This document shows, one piece after another, positions 12,157 to 24,303 of a stretch of 64,000 bases of DNA; the stretch's first letter is position 1, and every line of letters begins with the position of its first letter. Source of the DNA: Cetorhinus maximus (taxonomy: Eukaryota); NCBI RefSeq assembly GCF_964194155.1, contig NC_135880.1:148242001-148306000 (forward strand), written 5' to 3'. The notes below the pieces were generated by a model that worked only from the letters and a program-made list of their open reading frames with translations, ran no database searches and was not told where the DNA came from. The position numbers were made by a program, and so were the translations under genes.

Positions 12157-14396
12157 TCAAAACTTTTTAATATTTCTTACCCTACCACTACATCTGAGTG
12201 CAGCCTTGACATCCGCAGCAGAGGTGGAGGCAGCCTGCTAAATGTTATGACCTGTTGTCTCAGTTGCCTTTGGTGGGTATCCTCTGGAGGACCGAGGCCT
12301 GGAGGGCCCCGGCCTGCTAAGGGTCTTCTGCTCTGGGGCAGGCGAGCCCTCCTCGGCTTGACCTGCTGGAGGAAGTGAGGTCACTGGCAGAGGGGAGGTA
12401 GAGCAGCAGGGCACCCTTGGGGTGTCCTGGGTGGATGGCTCTAGGTGTCCAGCCGAGGCTCCTGCTCCCTTTGGGAACCTGAGGGCCCCTCCCTGATTCC
12501 TTGAGAAGAAGGAGCACCTGGAGGAAGGTCGAGGTGCCCTGCTGGACTCTCACCTAGCCACTGCTGAAATACACCCACGGTTAGAGTGATGGAGTGCAGG
12601 TCCAAGTGAAAATCCAGCCGAAACTGTGCGTTCTGCTGGACATGGCCTCCTAGATGGACATCACCCTTCCCATAGAGACTTTGATGCACTCGCATGCCGG
12701 AGCCATGTCATCAGGCAGAATGTGGACGGGCTTCTCCATCTCTCGTCCTAGTCTGTTGGTAGCCTCTGACAGCTTTGCCCGATGTTCCTCTGTGTCTCTT
12801 TGCATCTCCAGCATGCATCCTACGGCTGATTGCAGAGGCTCGTCACCTGACTCAGATTTTGCAAGGTCCTGGTCTTCAGCAGCCTTCTGAGTGCCAGAGA
12901 CTGCGGCTCTCCCTGTCTCCATCTGCTGTGGACATGTATCTGTGAAGTGACCACCAGAGAGTGACCCTGAGTGCATTCTAGATCTACAATCCACTGATGT
13001 ATGTGTCTCTTTGCTGGTCGAGGTGCAGGTGAATGCAGTGACAGCTGTACAGGTGACAAAGTACCTTCTTCCTCCTCCGAGGTGCTCCTCCTGGGCACTG
13101 GGGCTTTCTTCTACAGAGGGCGCTGGCCTCCCCCTCTTCCTGTTGGTATCTGAAATGGAGAAAAGAGAGAAGGAGTGATTGAAGGAGTCACTCACAGCCA
13201 TTGTCCAAATGTTGCCTCACTGGGTTTTTGGGGGAGGCCGACCTCGCCCTTGGCACAGGCACAGTCTGCGTCCTCCCCTGCCGGCTCTGCAAACTTCTGC
13301 TCAAATTGTGCGAGGATCCTTAGCTCTGGGGTTCCAACTCTCATCTTCTCTCTCTCCCTACTGTTGTGGGCTATCTTCTCCTGCATAACGACAGATGGAT
13401 TAAGTGTGAGCATTGTGGAAGAACAGGTCAGAGGCTGGTAATTCTGCACAGAATAACTCACCTCCTAACCACCGTACCCTGCACCCCCCCAAACAAAGCC
13501 TGTCCATCAGCTACAAAGCAGAAGTCAGGAGTGTGATGGAATGCTCTCCACTTGTTAGGATGAGTGCAGCTCCAACAATAAAGAAGAAGCTCAGTAACAT
13601 CCAGGACCAAGCAGCATGCTTAACTGGCATCTTATGAACCATCCTCAACATCCACTCCCTCCACCACAAAGGCAGAGTGCCAGCACTGTGTATTATCTAC
13701 AAGATGCACTGCAACTACAACTAACCTTCTAAACCCACGACCTCTACCGCCTAGAAGAACAAGGGCAGCAGATGCATGGGAACACCACCGTCTGCAAATT
13801 CCCCTTCAAGGCACACACTATCCTGACATGGGCCTGCGTCACTATCCCTTCACTGTTGCTGGGTCACAATCCTGGAAGTGCCTTCCTAACAGCATTGTAG
13901 TGTACCCACACGACATGGACTGCAGCAGCTCAAGAAGGTGGCTCACTTCCACCCTCGCAAGGGCAATTACAAATGGATAATAAATGCTGCCAAGCCAGCA
14001 ATGCCCACATCCTATGAAAAATAAACAAATCAGTGATAACGTCCCATCTGATGACAGTGTGTGACATCCCTCTGGACTCTAACTCTTAGACTTATGAGAG
14101 TGTGAGTTTGCAGCATGTAGAAGGTTGACTTACCCTAGTGGAGTGGATGAGATCATTTAGCCATTTCCTGCACTGCAGGGCGGTCCTCCTTTTACCCCAC
14201 GGGCAATGACCACCCTGGCGACCTCCTCCCAGGCTGCTATGGTCAGATGGGAAGACCTCCTGTTCTCATCTCTTGGAAAGAGGACCTCCTGTCTTCCCTC
14301 GGCCATCTGGAGGAAAATCTCAGGGAGGCTCATCGACATTCTAAACCGGAATCCATTGACCTCACCTGCAGTGAGTGAGTGGCTGACGGGTGCCAT
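12157..14396 (-). pseudogene. Myb/SANT partner gene, 3 exons (14396-14134, 13380-13221, 13149-12157), disabled
   Basis: RQEVLFPRDENRRSSHLTIAAWEEVAR...NDLIHSTR|GTAAGT; exon 2 EKIAHNSREREK; ends LRCSGRVRNIKKF*; LINE inside intron 1. Confidence 0.8.
13493..14025 (+). mobile_element. CR1-group LINE 3' fragment inside Myb intron 1
   Basis: YKAEVRSVMECSPL..MSAAPT..KKL.NIQDQAA and GCCAGCAATGCCCACATCCTATGA tail. Confidence 0.85.
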
Positions 14397-14609
14397 TTAA
14401 ATATGGTGCCCAGGCATGATAGAGGGGTGGGCTACTTCCTGACCACCCTGCCACGAGATTTGACATGATTCTCGTAGCTGCATAATGAATGAGCTGAACA
14501 GTGCAAGATAGTGTGTACTCACTCGCCCCACACTCAAGCGGAAGTCACTCCAGCTTCCTCTCCCATCACCAGACTTAGTGTCTGGAATAGAAAATATGGG
14601 ATTGGAAGG

Positions 14610-16320
14610 AGGAGAAGTTAATCCAGATAGAAATTCAGTTGAGTCAGCTAGAATTCAGGTGCAGATGAAGCAGCTTGAACTTGAAAGAGGAAAAGAAATG
14701 AAAAAGCTCAAACTTGGAAAAGAGGAAAACGAGAAAGAGAGAGAAATATGAAATCTTGAACTTGAACTCCAGAGAGAGAAGTTAGCAAGGCGGAAAAGAG
14801 AAAAGGGGAGAGACAGGGAGTTTCAAAGAGAGAGAGAAATCAGACAATATGAACTGGCTAAATGAAAGCTCAGATTACATGGTTTAAGAGAAGCGGTTCA
14901 AGTCAATAAAAATAGCATAGAGAAGTAAATCGATGTAAAGAAACTGGTATGATTTTATTGTCTTAAAATGGGAATGTAAAAGCAAACTGTTGGGCCAGGA
15001 TTTCCCGGTCGGTGAGCGGGGTGGGGGCAGGACCCGCTCGCCAAAGTGTAAAATGATGCGGGATGATGTCGGGTGGAATTCCCAACGCCACCCCACCTCA
15101 TTTCAATTTTCAGGTCGGCGGGGACTCAGCCGAATCAGCTTTGCACCCACCAACCTGTCAATGGCTTATTGAGGCCATTGACAAAATACTTAAGGTTATT
15201 AGTGGACCTGCCCGTCCAACCTTAAGGTTGGAGGGCAGGCCAGGAGCCCTGGCAGGCTTCAGAAAAAGCATGAAGCCTCATCCACGGGCGGATGTAGGAT
15301 TATAAATTTTTAATAAAAGTGTAACTGAAAGTGATGGACATGTCCCAACTCATGTGACAGTGTCACATGAGGGGACATGTCAGGGATTTAAAAAATTTTT
15401 TTAAAACATTTTTTAATGCGGAGCCGATCACCCTGAGGCAGCACTTAGCCTCAGGGAGATCAATGCGCTCTTTCGCACGCATGCACAAAATAGCGCACTC
15501 TCGGCTCAGGGAATCCCCACCCGCCCGCACAGGGAGTGCATAGCACTTCCTTGCAGAGGTCACGGTCACGCTGGGTGGGCTTTAATTGGTAAAATGGCGG
15601 CACACCTCCATGCGCCCACTCCTGAACCTCCCCCACTATGGGGGGAAAATTCTGCCCTTGAAATCTGAATGGTAAATCAGCGTCAGTAATAAAGACACTT
15701 CAGAAGCCTTCAGAAAAGGTTTGTATCAGGAAACAGATGCTAAACCAGTGCCACTGGTGCAACTGGCAGGAAATTTAAGATTGTAAGACAAATTGCATCT
15801 AGTATTTTTACTTGGGAGTAGACAGGGATGCAAAATATAGTCAAGGTGATTCTTCCTTAAGAACTGCTGAAGTGAGACAGGTTGCAGAAGGTTTTAGAGG
15901 CTTTGTCTCGAAGGGAGAAGTGTTAAACTACTCCAGCAAAAGAAGTAACCAAATTAATATTTTGAGAGTTACTGGAGCAGATCAGTCATTGATGATGGTT
16001 AATAATACAATTTGTGTTCCCAATTGTTTGATGAAAGAAAAAATATTAATAGGGAAACTTTATAGAACTTACACATTCCCTTGTGTAAAGCTAATTTATG
16101 AAGTGACTTAGTAATGGAATTGTTACAGCGGGGATTATTCCTACTTTACCCATGGAAGGATAGATTTTACTTGGGTAATGATTTGGCAGGTTTGAAATTC
16201 TGACGATCTTCAAGAGTTTTGAGAAAGCCGGCTGAGGTGAGAGAAACAGAGATTTTGCAGGAGGAATACTCTGGGCTGCTTCTGGGTTATGCAGCAGCTA
16301 GAGCCCAAACTCATAAGGGC
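14610..16320 (+). mobile_element. Decayed Gypsy (Gmr1-like) gag N-terminus and aspartic protease, interrupted by a MITE
   Basis: ARIQVQMKQLELER coiled gag start; FVSKGEV...ILRVTGADQSL (degenerate DTG site); LPMEG..LLGNDLAG; EILQEEYSG...ARAQ. Confidence 0.75.
14993..15657. mobile_element. Harbinger-family MITE
   Basis: TIRs GGCCAGGATTTC...AAAATTCTGCCC; TSD TTG. Confidence 0.85.
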
Positions 16321-16324
16321 TGGA

Positions 16325-17210
16325 TAGGATGAAGTGGAAAAAACTACTAGCTCAGGGCCGAGAAAAGTTAGTATCAAAAATGCAGGAATGTCAAAGGCTG
16401 CTTGAGGAATTAGGCTCTGCTAAGGAAAGGCTGATCAACATAAAGTGCCTACTTTCACACATGAAAGATGAATTTGCTAATGAAAAACAAGAACTGGTGA
16501 GAACACTGGAGGACGGTCACAGGAGGTAGAATACTTGAATGAGGACTTGAAACATCTAAATGATGAACTTGTTAGAACAAATTCAGCAAAGATAGATTTA
16601 CAATTAAAGCTTGATGAACTTCAAGTATCAGAAGTCTCTATTAAGTATTGTGAAAAATGCCTTGAACACGAAAAGGAATTGCTGATCAATCAGAGTTGAT
16701 TGCATGGGTTGAATGCATAATTAAAAACCAAGACTGAAGAACAGTTGGAACTTCATCATGAAAAAAAGCAATGAAATTCTTGAACATCGATGTAATCTGG
16801 AGAACAAAAATGATGAGATGTGTGGTATGGAACAGCAGATCCAGGCTTTAAAAGCAAATAAGGAAAATTTTAAGAAACATATTTAGGATCTAATGAGTAA
16901 ATTGAAACAGTCTAAGGAACAGTCAGCAACCATGTAAGAAAGATTCTGAAATAAACGGAATGCCCATGTGAAGTTGGTAAACTTGTATAAGGGTTCCACA
17001 GATGGCTCAGAAATAAAGACAACTGCACTCACCAGAGCAGTTGCTGAGCTGAATGAGAAGATTACTAAACTTGGAAAATAATTGGAAAATAAAAGAGTAA
17101 ACAAATATTTGGATGAAATTGTGAATAAAGTGGTGATGAAGGTTCCATTTCTCAATCGTCAGTGATAAGAATGTAAATGTGTGTAGAAGGCTGTGGCACA
17201 TCTCTTGGAT
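16325..17210 (+). pseudogene. TPR: Intronless decayed fragment of nucleoporin TPR (N-terminal coiled coil), directly after the Gypsy protease
   Basis: Translates [108 protein letters not shown], matching recalled human TPR ([29 protein letters not shown]; NAHIKLSNLYK; LENKRINKYLDEIV); several stops and frameshifts. Confidence 0.88.
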
Positions 17211-18650
17211 TTCTTTTATTCATTCATGCAATGTGGGCATCAGTGGCTGGGCCCGCATTTATTGGCATTCCCTAATTGCCCTTGAGAAGTTGGTAGTAAG
17301 CTGTTTTCTTGAACCGCTGCAGTCCATGTGGCGTAGGAACACTCAGTGCTGTTAGGGAGAGAGTTACAGAATTTTGACCGAGCGACAGCGAAGAAACGGT
17401 GATATAATTCCAAGTCAGGATGTTGAGTGGCTTGGAGGAGTACTTCCAGGTGGTGATGTTCCCATGTGTCTGTTGCCCTTGTCCTTCTAGATAGTAGTGG
17501 TCATGGGTTTGGAAGGTGCTGTTGAAGGAGCCTTGGTGAATTCCTGCAGTGCATCTTGTACATAATACATACTGCTTCTATTGTGCATCGGTGGTGGATG
17601 GAGTGAATGTTTGTAGATGTGATGCTAATCGAGCGGGCTGCTTTGTCCTGGATGGAGTCAAGTTTCATGAGTGTTGGAGCTGCACTCATCCAGGCAAGTT
17701 GGGAGTATTCCATCACACTTCTAACTTGTGCCATGTGGATGGTGGACAAGATTTGGGGAGTCAGGAGATGAGTTACTCACCTTAGGATTCCTAGCCTCTG
17801 ACCTGTTCTTGTATCCACAGTAATTATATGGCTAGTCCAGTCCAGTTTCTAGTCAATGGTAACCCCCACGTTGTTGATAGTGGGGGATTCAACAATGGTA
17901 ATGCCATTGAAAGTTGAGGGGCAATGTTTAGATTTTCCCTTGTTGGAGATGGTCATTGCCTGGCACTTGTCAGCCCAAGCCTGGATATTGTCCAGGTCTT
18001 GCTGCATTTAGACATGGACTTCTTCAGTATCTAGGGAGCCTCGAATGGTGCTAAACATTGTGCAATCATCTGCGAACATTTCCACTTCTGACCTTATGAT
18101 GGAAGGAAGGTCATTGTTGAAGCAGTTGAAGTTGAATGGGCCTCAGAGACTACGCTGAGGTACCCCTGCAGTGATGTCCTGGAATTGAGATGATTGACTG
18201 CCAACAACCACAAGCATCTTTCTTTGTGCTAGCTAAGACTCAAACCAATGGAAAGTTTTCCCCCTGATTCCCATTGACTCCAGTTTTACTAGGGCGCCTT
18301 GATGCCACACTCGGTCAAATGCTGCCTTGATTCAAGGACAGTCACTCTCACCTCACCTCTAGAGTTCAGCTCCTTCATCCATGTTTGAATCAGGAGCTTG
18401 AGTGGCTCTTGTGGAACCCAAACTGAGGATCAGTGAGCAGGTTATTGATAAGCAAGTGCTGCTTATTAGCACTATTGATGACCCCTTCCATGACTTTACT
18501 GATGGTTGAGAGTAGATTGATGGGACGGTAATTGGCCGGGTTGGAATTGTCCTGCTTTTTGTGTACAGGACATAGCTGGCCAATTTTCCACATTGCCGGT
18601 TGGATGACAGTGTTGCAGCTCTGCTTGAACAACTTGGCTAGAAGCAGCAT
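17210..18650 (-). mobile_element. CR1-group LINE (RT to 3' end, internally deleted) inserted at the end of the TPR segment
   Basis: PAMWKIGQLCPVHKKQDNSNPANYRPINLLSTISKVMEGVIN; QVRSVMEYS; 3' tail at 17210-17290. Confidence 0.9.
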
Positions 18651-20088
18651 GATAAACTAGAAAAGAACTTGAGTAAAGAGAGGAAAATTCCACGGGTGCA
18701 GGTTAATTTATCCAGTGTTGCTCAAAACAATAAAACAATAAAATCTGTTTTGGAAGAAGTGAGTGAAGCTCTTTAACTGGATGAGGCAAACTTTGACATT
18801 TCAGGGAAAGTCTCACAATCACACTATGCATCGCAGTGAGGTCAGGCATCACAATAGGTTTATAAATTATGTCTATTTGTGGCCGTAAGCTACACACCCT
18901 TTTCAGGGAAATAAATTGAAATGCATTAACTGTTGCTGTTTGGCTGATCTATCCAGGAGTGAATGTGGTCGGCTAGAAGATCTGGATAAGTTTATTTTGT
19001 GAAGGAAGCGTGAACAATGATAACATCATCAGGCAGTAGATGCAATGGAAGGTTGCTGACAGTGGAAGGTTTGTCTTGACATGGTTACCTTGTACCATAA
19101 TTTGTGAAATGTATAAAAAGACTCAGTAATATTGCTGCACAGCTGAATGGAACCATTGTATTTGTCGTCAAGGGTAAATATTCCATGTTATTGTTCATAG
19201 GTAGCCGGGCATCTGCAACCTGATTTCTGATGGTTAATCAGCCCCACTCTCAAGTTGGAGTCCCTGACTGACTCTCCTCATTGCCAGTCTGTGAGTTTGG
19301 TACTCATGTTCTGTAACTATATTCAGCCGCTTAACATCATTGGTAGATATCTCATGAAATTGTTTAGGATATTCTAGGGATTAGGCAGAAATGATAAATC
19401 TTTGCTAGACTTACTCTAAAGTCCCAATTTATTCCCTGCTATCTTCATATACTGAATAGAGCCCAATGGAAATTGTTTGCCTCCCACAGTTTTTCTTCTG
19501 TTTGTTGAAAAGCTGCGACTTGAACAAGACATATAGCCCAGCTCTATCTCAGTCCCCCAAGAGAACTGATTAGCTCTCCTGCATCAAACACCAGGCAAGC
19601 ATCATTGGTTCCTGATCAATGTATATGGCACCACTGATGATCCAAACCCAAGAAACCCAATAAACGCTGTTTTAAAGGGCATTGGAGCATCAGAATACTC
19701 CTTCACCAAGAAAAGGAGGCACGGAGAAGGCAACAGCCCCCTCACTATTCCCTACCTGCATGTTCACCATGTTGTAACCACTGGAAGCCTGTTTTCTAAA
19801 TTCTAGCTCATTTTGCCCTTGTGATCTAAGTGAAATCCAAGGGAGTTTTAATCAATTTAATCAAGATATGTTCCCTTGAAGTGAGGGATTAAACCTTGGT
19901 ATGACAGAGTAAGTCTCACCCTCACACTGAGCATCACAGTAAGAGCAGACATCACAGGTTTGTTAACTGGGTAAATTTGCGGCAGGATGCTGAAAGAAAG
20001 AAACTGAACGGCAGAAACTGTTACTAACTGTCTGATCTATCTAGGAGTGAAGAAGGTAAGCTAGAAGAACTGCACTGGTTTACTTTGA

Positions 20089-20321
20089 AATAAAAACAGA
20101 AAATGCTGCAAAAAGCATGTCTGGCAGCATCTGTGGAGAGGGAAACAGTTAATGTTTCAAGTCTGTATGACTTTTCTTCAGAGCACTGAAGAAAGGCCAT
20201 ACAGACTCAAAACATTAATTCTGTTTCTTTCTCCACAGATGCTCTCAGACCTGCTGAGTTTTTCCAGCATTTTCTGTTTTAATTTCAGGTTTCCAGCATC
20301 CACAGTATTTTGCTTTTACCT
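20089..20321. mobile_element. Palindromic mini-element made of two inverted PLE terminal repeats
   Basis: Arms are reverse complements; 14-bp TSD CTGGTTTACTTTGA at 20075-20088 and 20322-20335. Confidence 0.85.
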
Positions 20322-22541
20322 CTGGTTTACTTTGAGATGGGTGTGTGGCCAATGGCAAGATCAACAATCAGGAGGTTAGACAGATGACTGCGGACATTGA
20401 ATGGTTTGTTTCAACATGATTGCCTTGTACTGTCATTTGTAAACTGGATAAATTTGAGACAAGAAGCTGCACAACCAATTTCAGTGATGGGAATTCAGCT
20501 GGCTGACTCTTACTCTCTGATTGATCACTTTAGAAGTGAATGCAGATGTGCAGAAGGTCTGAACAGCTTTGCTTTGTGAAGGGAGCATGAACAATGAAGA
20601 TACAACTAGCCAGCTGACATTCAAAAGGTTGCTGCTGTAAAAGGTTAGTTTATACATGTAGTCGAGAGCCTTCCAATTGAGACCCCTGGTGGTTGATGAG
20701 TATTTTTTAGGATAGAATGAATGACCAACGAGGGCAGAGCTGAGAGGGAGCGAGTGAACAAGTGAACAATCAGCTATTAAAATAGGCCACAAGCGCTGAG
20801 AGCTCAGAGTTGAGACTTGAAGAATGAAGGGTGGGGAGTTGAAGAAATTCTTCACAGTAATTATTTAGACAGAAACTATAAAATGGTTCAAAGAAGTTGT
20901 CAATTGTCCAACTTCAGAAGCGATGAAATCTAAGCTGGCATCAGTAACATTACAAGAAGTGAAACAACCCAATCAGCTTTGTATCCAGGATTTGTTTTCA
21001 GTATTTCCGGTTTTACTATATGAAGTAGAGCTATAAAATACCTGCGATTGTACTTGTTACAATACAGTATTTTCTGTATCTAATTTCTTCCTCTGCCGCA
21101 GGCACACAGCTGGTGTCAGGATGAGCGAGAGCAAATGGGGTTATTATCAACTACCCACAGGCTCATTATGAAATAACAAAGGCAAATGAATCTAATAGAA
21201 GAAACTGCAAATCTCAACTAAAAAACAATCAATGCCATTAGAGATAGAGCAAAGGAGGGAGAAGTACAACTGAAAATCTCCTCACTCCACCCCTCTGTGT
21301 CCCATCCATTTCTCAGTGACAGTTCAACATCCTTTAATTTAATTTGTAATTGACAGCCAGAAACTACCCTCCTCATGACCTTTCTAAATGGTTTGTTAGG
21401 GGGAATGGTTGAGGGACCATTGCATCTTTTAAGGGAAAGTTGGATAAATATTGAAGCAGTGGAACTGGTTGGTCAGACTTCAGGGCCTCACAGAATCTGC
21501 CTCCAGTCTCTGGTTGTGTTCTGGACATTAAAGTCACTGAGATATTCATCCTTACCATCCTCCATCTTTTATTCAGACATCTATTTCGATTGTTAATTGT
21601 AACAATTCCCCACTCGTTCCAGGCTGAACAGTTCACGAGTCTCCACAAAGGCAACAAAAAGCAACCCTGCTCCCACTTCATACACAGCTTGACGCAACTT
21701 GGTATCCATGTAATAGTACAGGTTAGGCCACATCCATACAGGCAACTCTGTCTGATGTCAACCAGAACTCCACCTTGGGACTGAACAGAAAAATCTCAAG
21801 GAGAGAGATGCTCTGGTTGTTGCCTAATTGGTGCTGAGTGAAGTGAGCTGGTTAATACCTCTCATTTACCAATCCCTACCATTCAAATCCACACCATCAT
21901 TTGAGGTGCTGGTAAATATTGTAACCTTCAAGACCTTGTTCAACTCCACCTTCCCAAGCAGTGAGCCTGGCTTGATATCCCATTGCAGATCTGGATACCC
22001 ACATGTAGAAGTGGATTACTGTAGACTAGGAGATTGCTAGTAGTGAATACCCTCAGTATTTGTAGCTTGAGCTTTCAGGTTATTGAATTGACCATCAAAG
22101 GAACCATGAAATATTGGGCATTCTAGCAGGTGACCTCAGTGTTTTCTACCATCCATTAAGAGTGAATGAGTGATGGTCACAGTTAGCTTCATAATCCAGT
22201 AAACTCAACTATTCTGGATATTTGTCCAGCTAGACCTTGCTCTACCAGCAAAGTTTGCAGAGGTCACCTTTGTCACAACATCTGAACTAGAGCTGGTGGT
22301 CCTGGGAGCACAGTGTTCTCTAGAGTTGGTGATACTGCCATTGACCTCCTCGACTAAGGCTTCTATATTTGTGTGGGAGGCTTCATTCAGGATGAATGAT
22401 CAGTTAACATGGTTGGGTTTACTTGAAATTTCAACAGGCTTGAAATGTGAACTGTACACTGGAGCATTTTCAACTTTCAGACTCAGTGCAGGGCAAGTAA
22501 TTCTGTCTCCGTATTAGCAATATTATCAGTAGTAGTAATTT

Positions 22542-22720
22542 ACTGTTGCTGGGTCAAAAACCTGGAACTCACTTCCTAACAGCACTGTGGTGTACCTATA
22601 CCAGATGAACTGCTGCAATTCAAAGAAGGTTGCTCAACACCACCTTCTCATGAACAATTAAAGATGAACAAAAAATGCTGGCCTTGCCAATGATGTCACA
22701 TCCCAGAAAGGAATAAGAAA
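22542..22720 (+). mobile_element. CR1-group LINE 3' end
   Basis: ACTGTTGCTGGGTCAAAAACCTGGAACTC...GGCCTTGCCAATGATG tail as in other copies. Confidence 0.75.
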
Positions 22721-22767
22721 AACAAGGTTGGTCACATTCCTTGGTCCTTCTGTCAAAATGACACATT

Positions 22768-24303
22768 GGGTAACATTTTAACTGTCAAAGGGCAAGTGGG
22801 TGCAGGTGCATGCTGGGGATTAAAGCTCCAAAAATGGGGCTTTGAATTGGGAATCAAATGGGAACCAGCCCATTATCAGGTTCAAACTGGACGGGTTTGC
22901 GGGTGAGTGCAAATTCATCCTAGAGCTGTCAGATAAACATTCTATTCCCAAAATAATATGGGTTAAATCCAGCATTCTGAATTTGACAGTGTTTTCCAAA
23001 CTGTGGTGAACTCGCCAAGGTGAGCAACATAAGAGAACAGCAGGGAGGGCTTGACAAGTCATTTCCAGCTTCTTGGAGATCAGGGCACCAATCCTGGACT
23101 TCACTCACCTTGATCTGCCCCTCCCTGCTGTCAGCGTTCACCACAGCATGGGAGCAGTTTATGTATCTTCACTTTGGACCTCCACTGAGGAACAAAAAAG
23201 AGCAGCAACAACAACACCAAAAGTACCAGCAGCAGCAGGGGTAAAACCAGCAGCAGCACCAGCTGATTTCTCCTCAGCCACATTCCATTCCACAGAGCCG
23301 ATCCAGCTGGCAGGAGGCGAGACCCCCAAAACAGGGTCTACATGCAGAGGGTCAGCTCTCTCGACATGTTTGATCACCGGTATGTCAGGGGGCTCAGGCT
23401 TTCATGGTAGGGCATTGCTGACAACTGCAGCCTCCTGGGACAAAAGCTTCTTCCCAGTGGAGCAGCTGGACACACATTGCCAGTGGTTATCAAGGTGCCT
23501 GCGACGGGAGGGCCAGCCCACAGTTCTCTGCCTCTCCCTGTAGTTCTGTGTTGTTTTCTTCTGGAAGGACAAAAAGCAGAGAATAAAGTGACTATGAGAA
23601 ATGAATTACGTGGAGAGGAAGGAAGGACAACATCTGTGGAGTTTGACTTAGGCATTCTTGTTAGATGGTACAATGGTAAGGCTGAGTGTGAGTGTTGGAT
23701 GTTCGAATGGGGATGTGTGGTGGTGTCCAAAGAGACAGTAATGATAAAGAGACAGCTGCAAAGTTCATTGATGTGAGGACTGCAGGAGAATGCTGGGCAT
23801 GTTACCTGGACGAGTCATGACACTTATTTCCTTGCCCTCCTGAGGCACTTGAACCTTTCGGGACATCATCTTCAGCTTTGAGGGACCTCACTCCAGCTGC
23901 TCAATTTTTTGGCCACTTCCATCCACACATGCTTGATTTGATAGGCTGGCATCTTCTTCCCATCTTTGAAAAATATCACCTCATTTCACCCCCTCAGTTT
24001 GAGGGGCAGACTTCCAGGAATCAATGTGCAGTTCAGTCATCCTAACCCCTGCCAGGGTTAAATGTTGTCCAGGCACTGCAGATGTTAGCAATGACCTGAG
24101 CTTCATGAGAAATTCTTCCACTGACAAATTCCGCATGTCATTCCGCCCACTATCACTGAGTGGTTGGGAAAGGTGGAAGCAGTATCGTAATACTGTGGGT
24201 GAGTTAAAGAGGCATGGAAAATTCCGTAACTAAATCAAACGGGTTCCAAACCAACTATTGACCTCGCCACTGTGTGCAGGTCTGTTAGGATAAGTTTCCA
24301 CCC
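22768..24303. mobile_element. Old non-autonomous Harbinger deletion derivative
   Basis: Ends GGGTAACATTTT...AAGTTTCCACCC with TSD ATT; transposase N-terminal relic (RVYMQRVS.LDM) on + and probable Myb exon-1 relic on -. Confidence 0.7.

Larger units (their letters stand above)
11060..14600 (-). mobile_element. Harbinger-related element retaining a Myb/SANT gene but no recognisable transposase
   Basis: Three-exon Myb gene like that of 4363-8445; degenerate GAAAATATGGG end near 14600; left boundary uncertain. Confidence 0.65.

Noticed and set aside
16325-17210. Functional tpr locus
   Set aside because: No introns, many stops and frameshifts, only the N-terminal part, embedded in TE sequence
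23200-23265. CAG/polyQ tract (also 28308-28360) as host coding repeat
   Set aside because: Lies in the low-complexity N-terminus of a decayed Harbinger transposase
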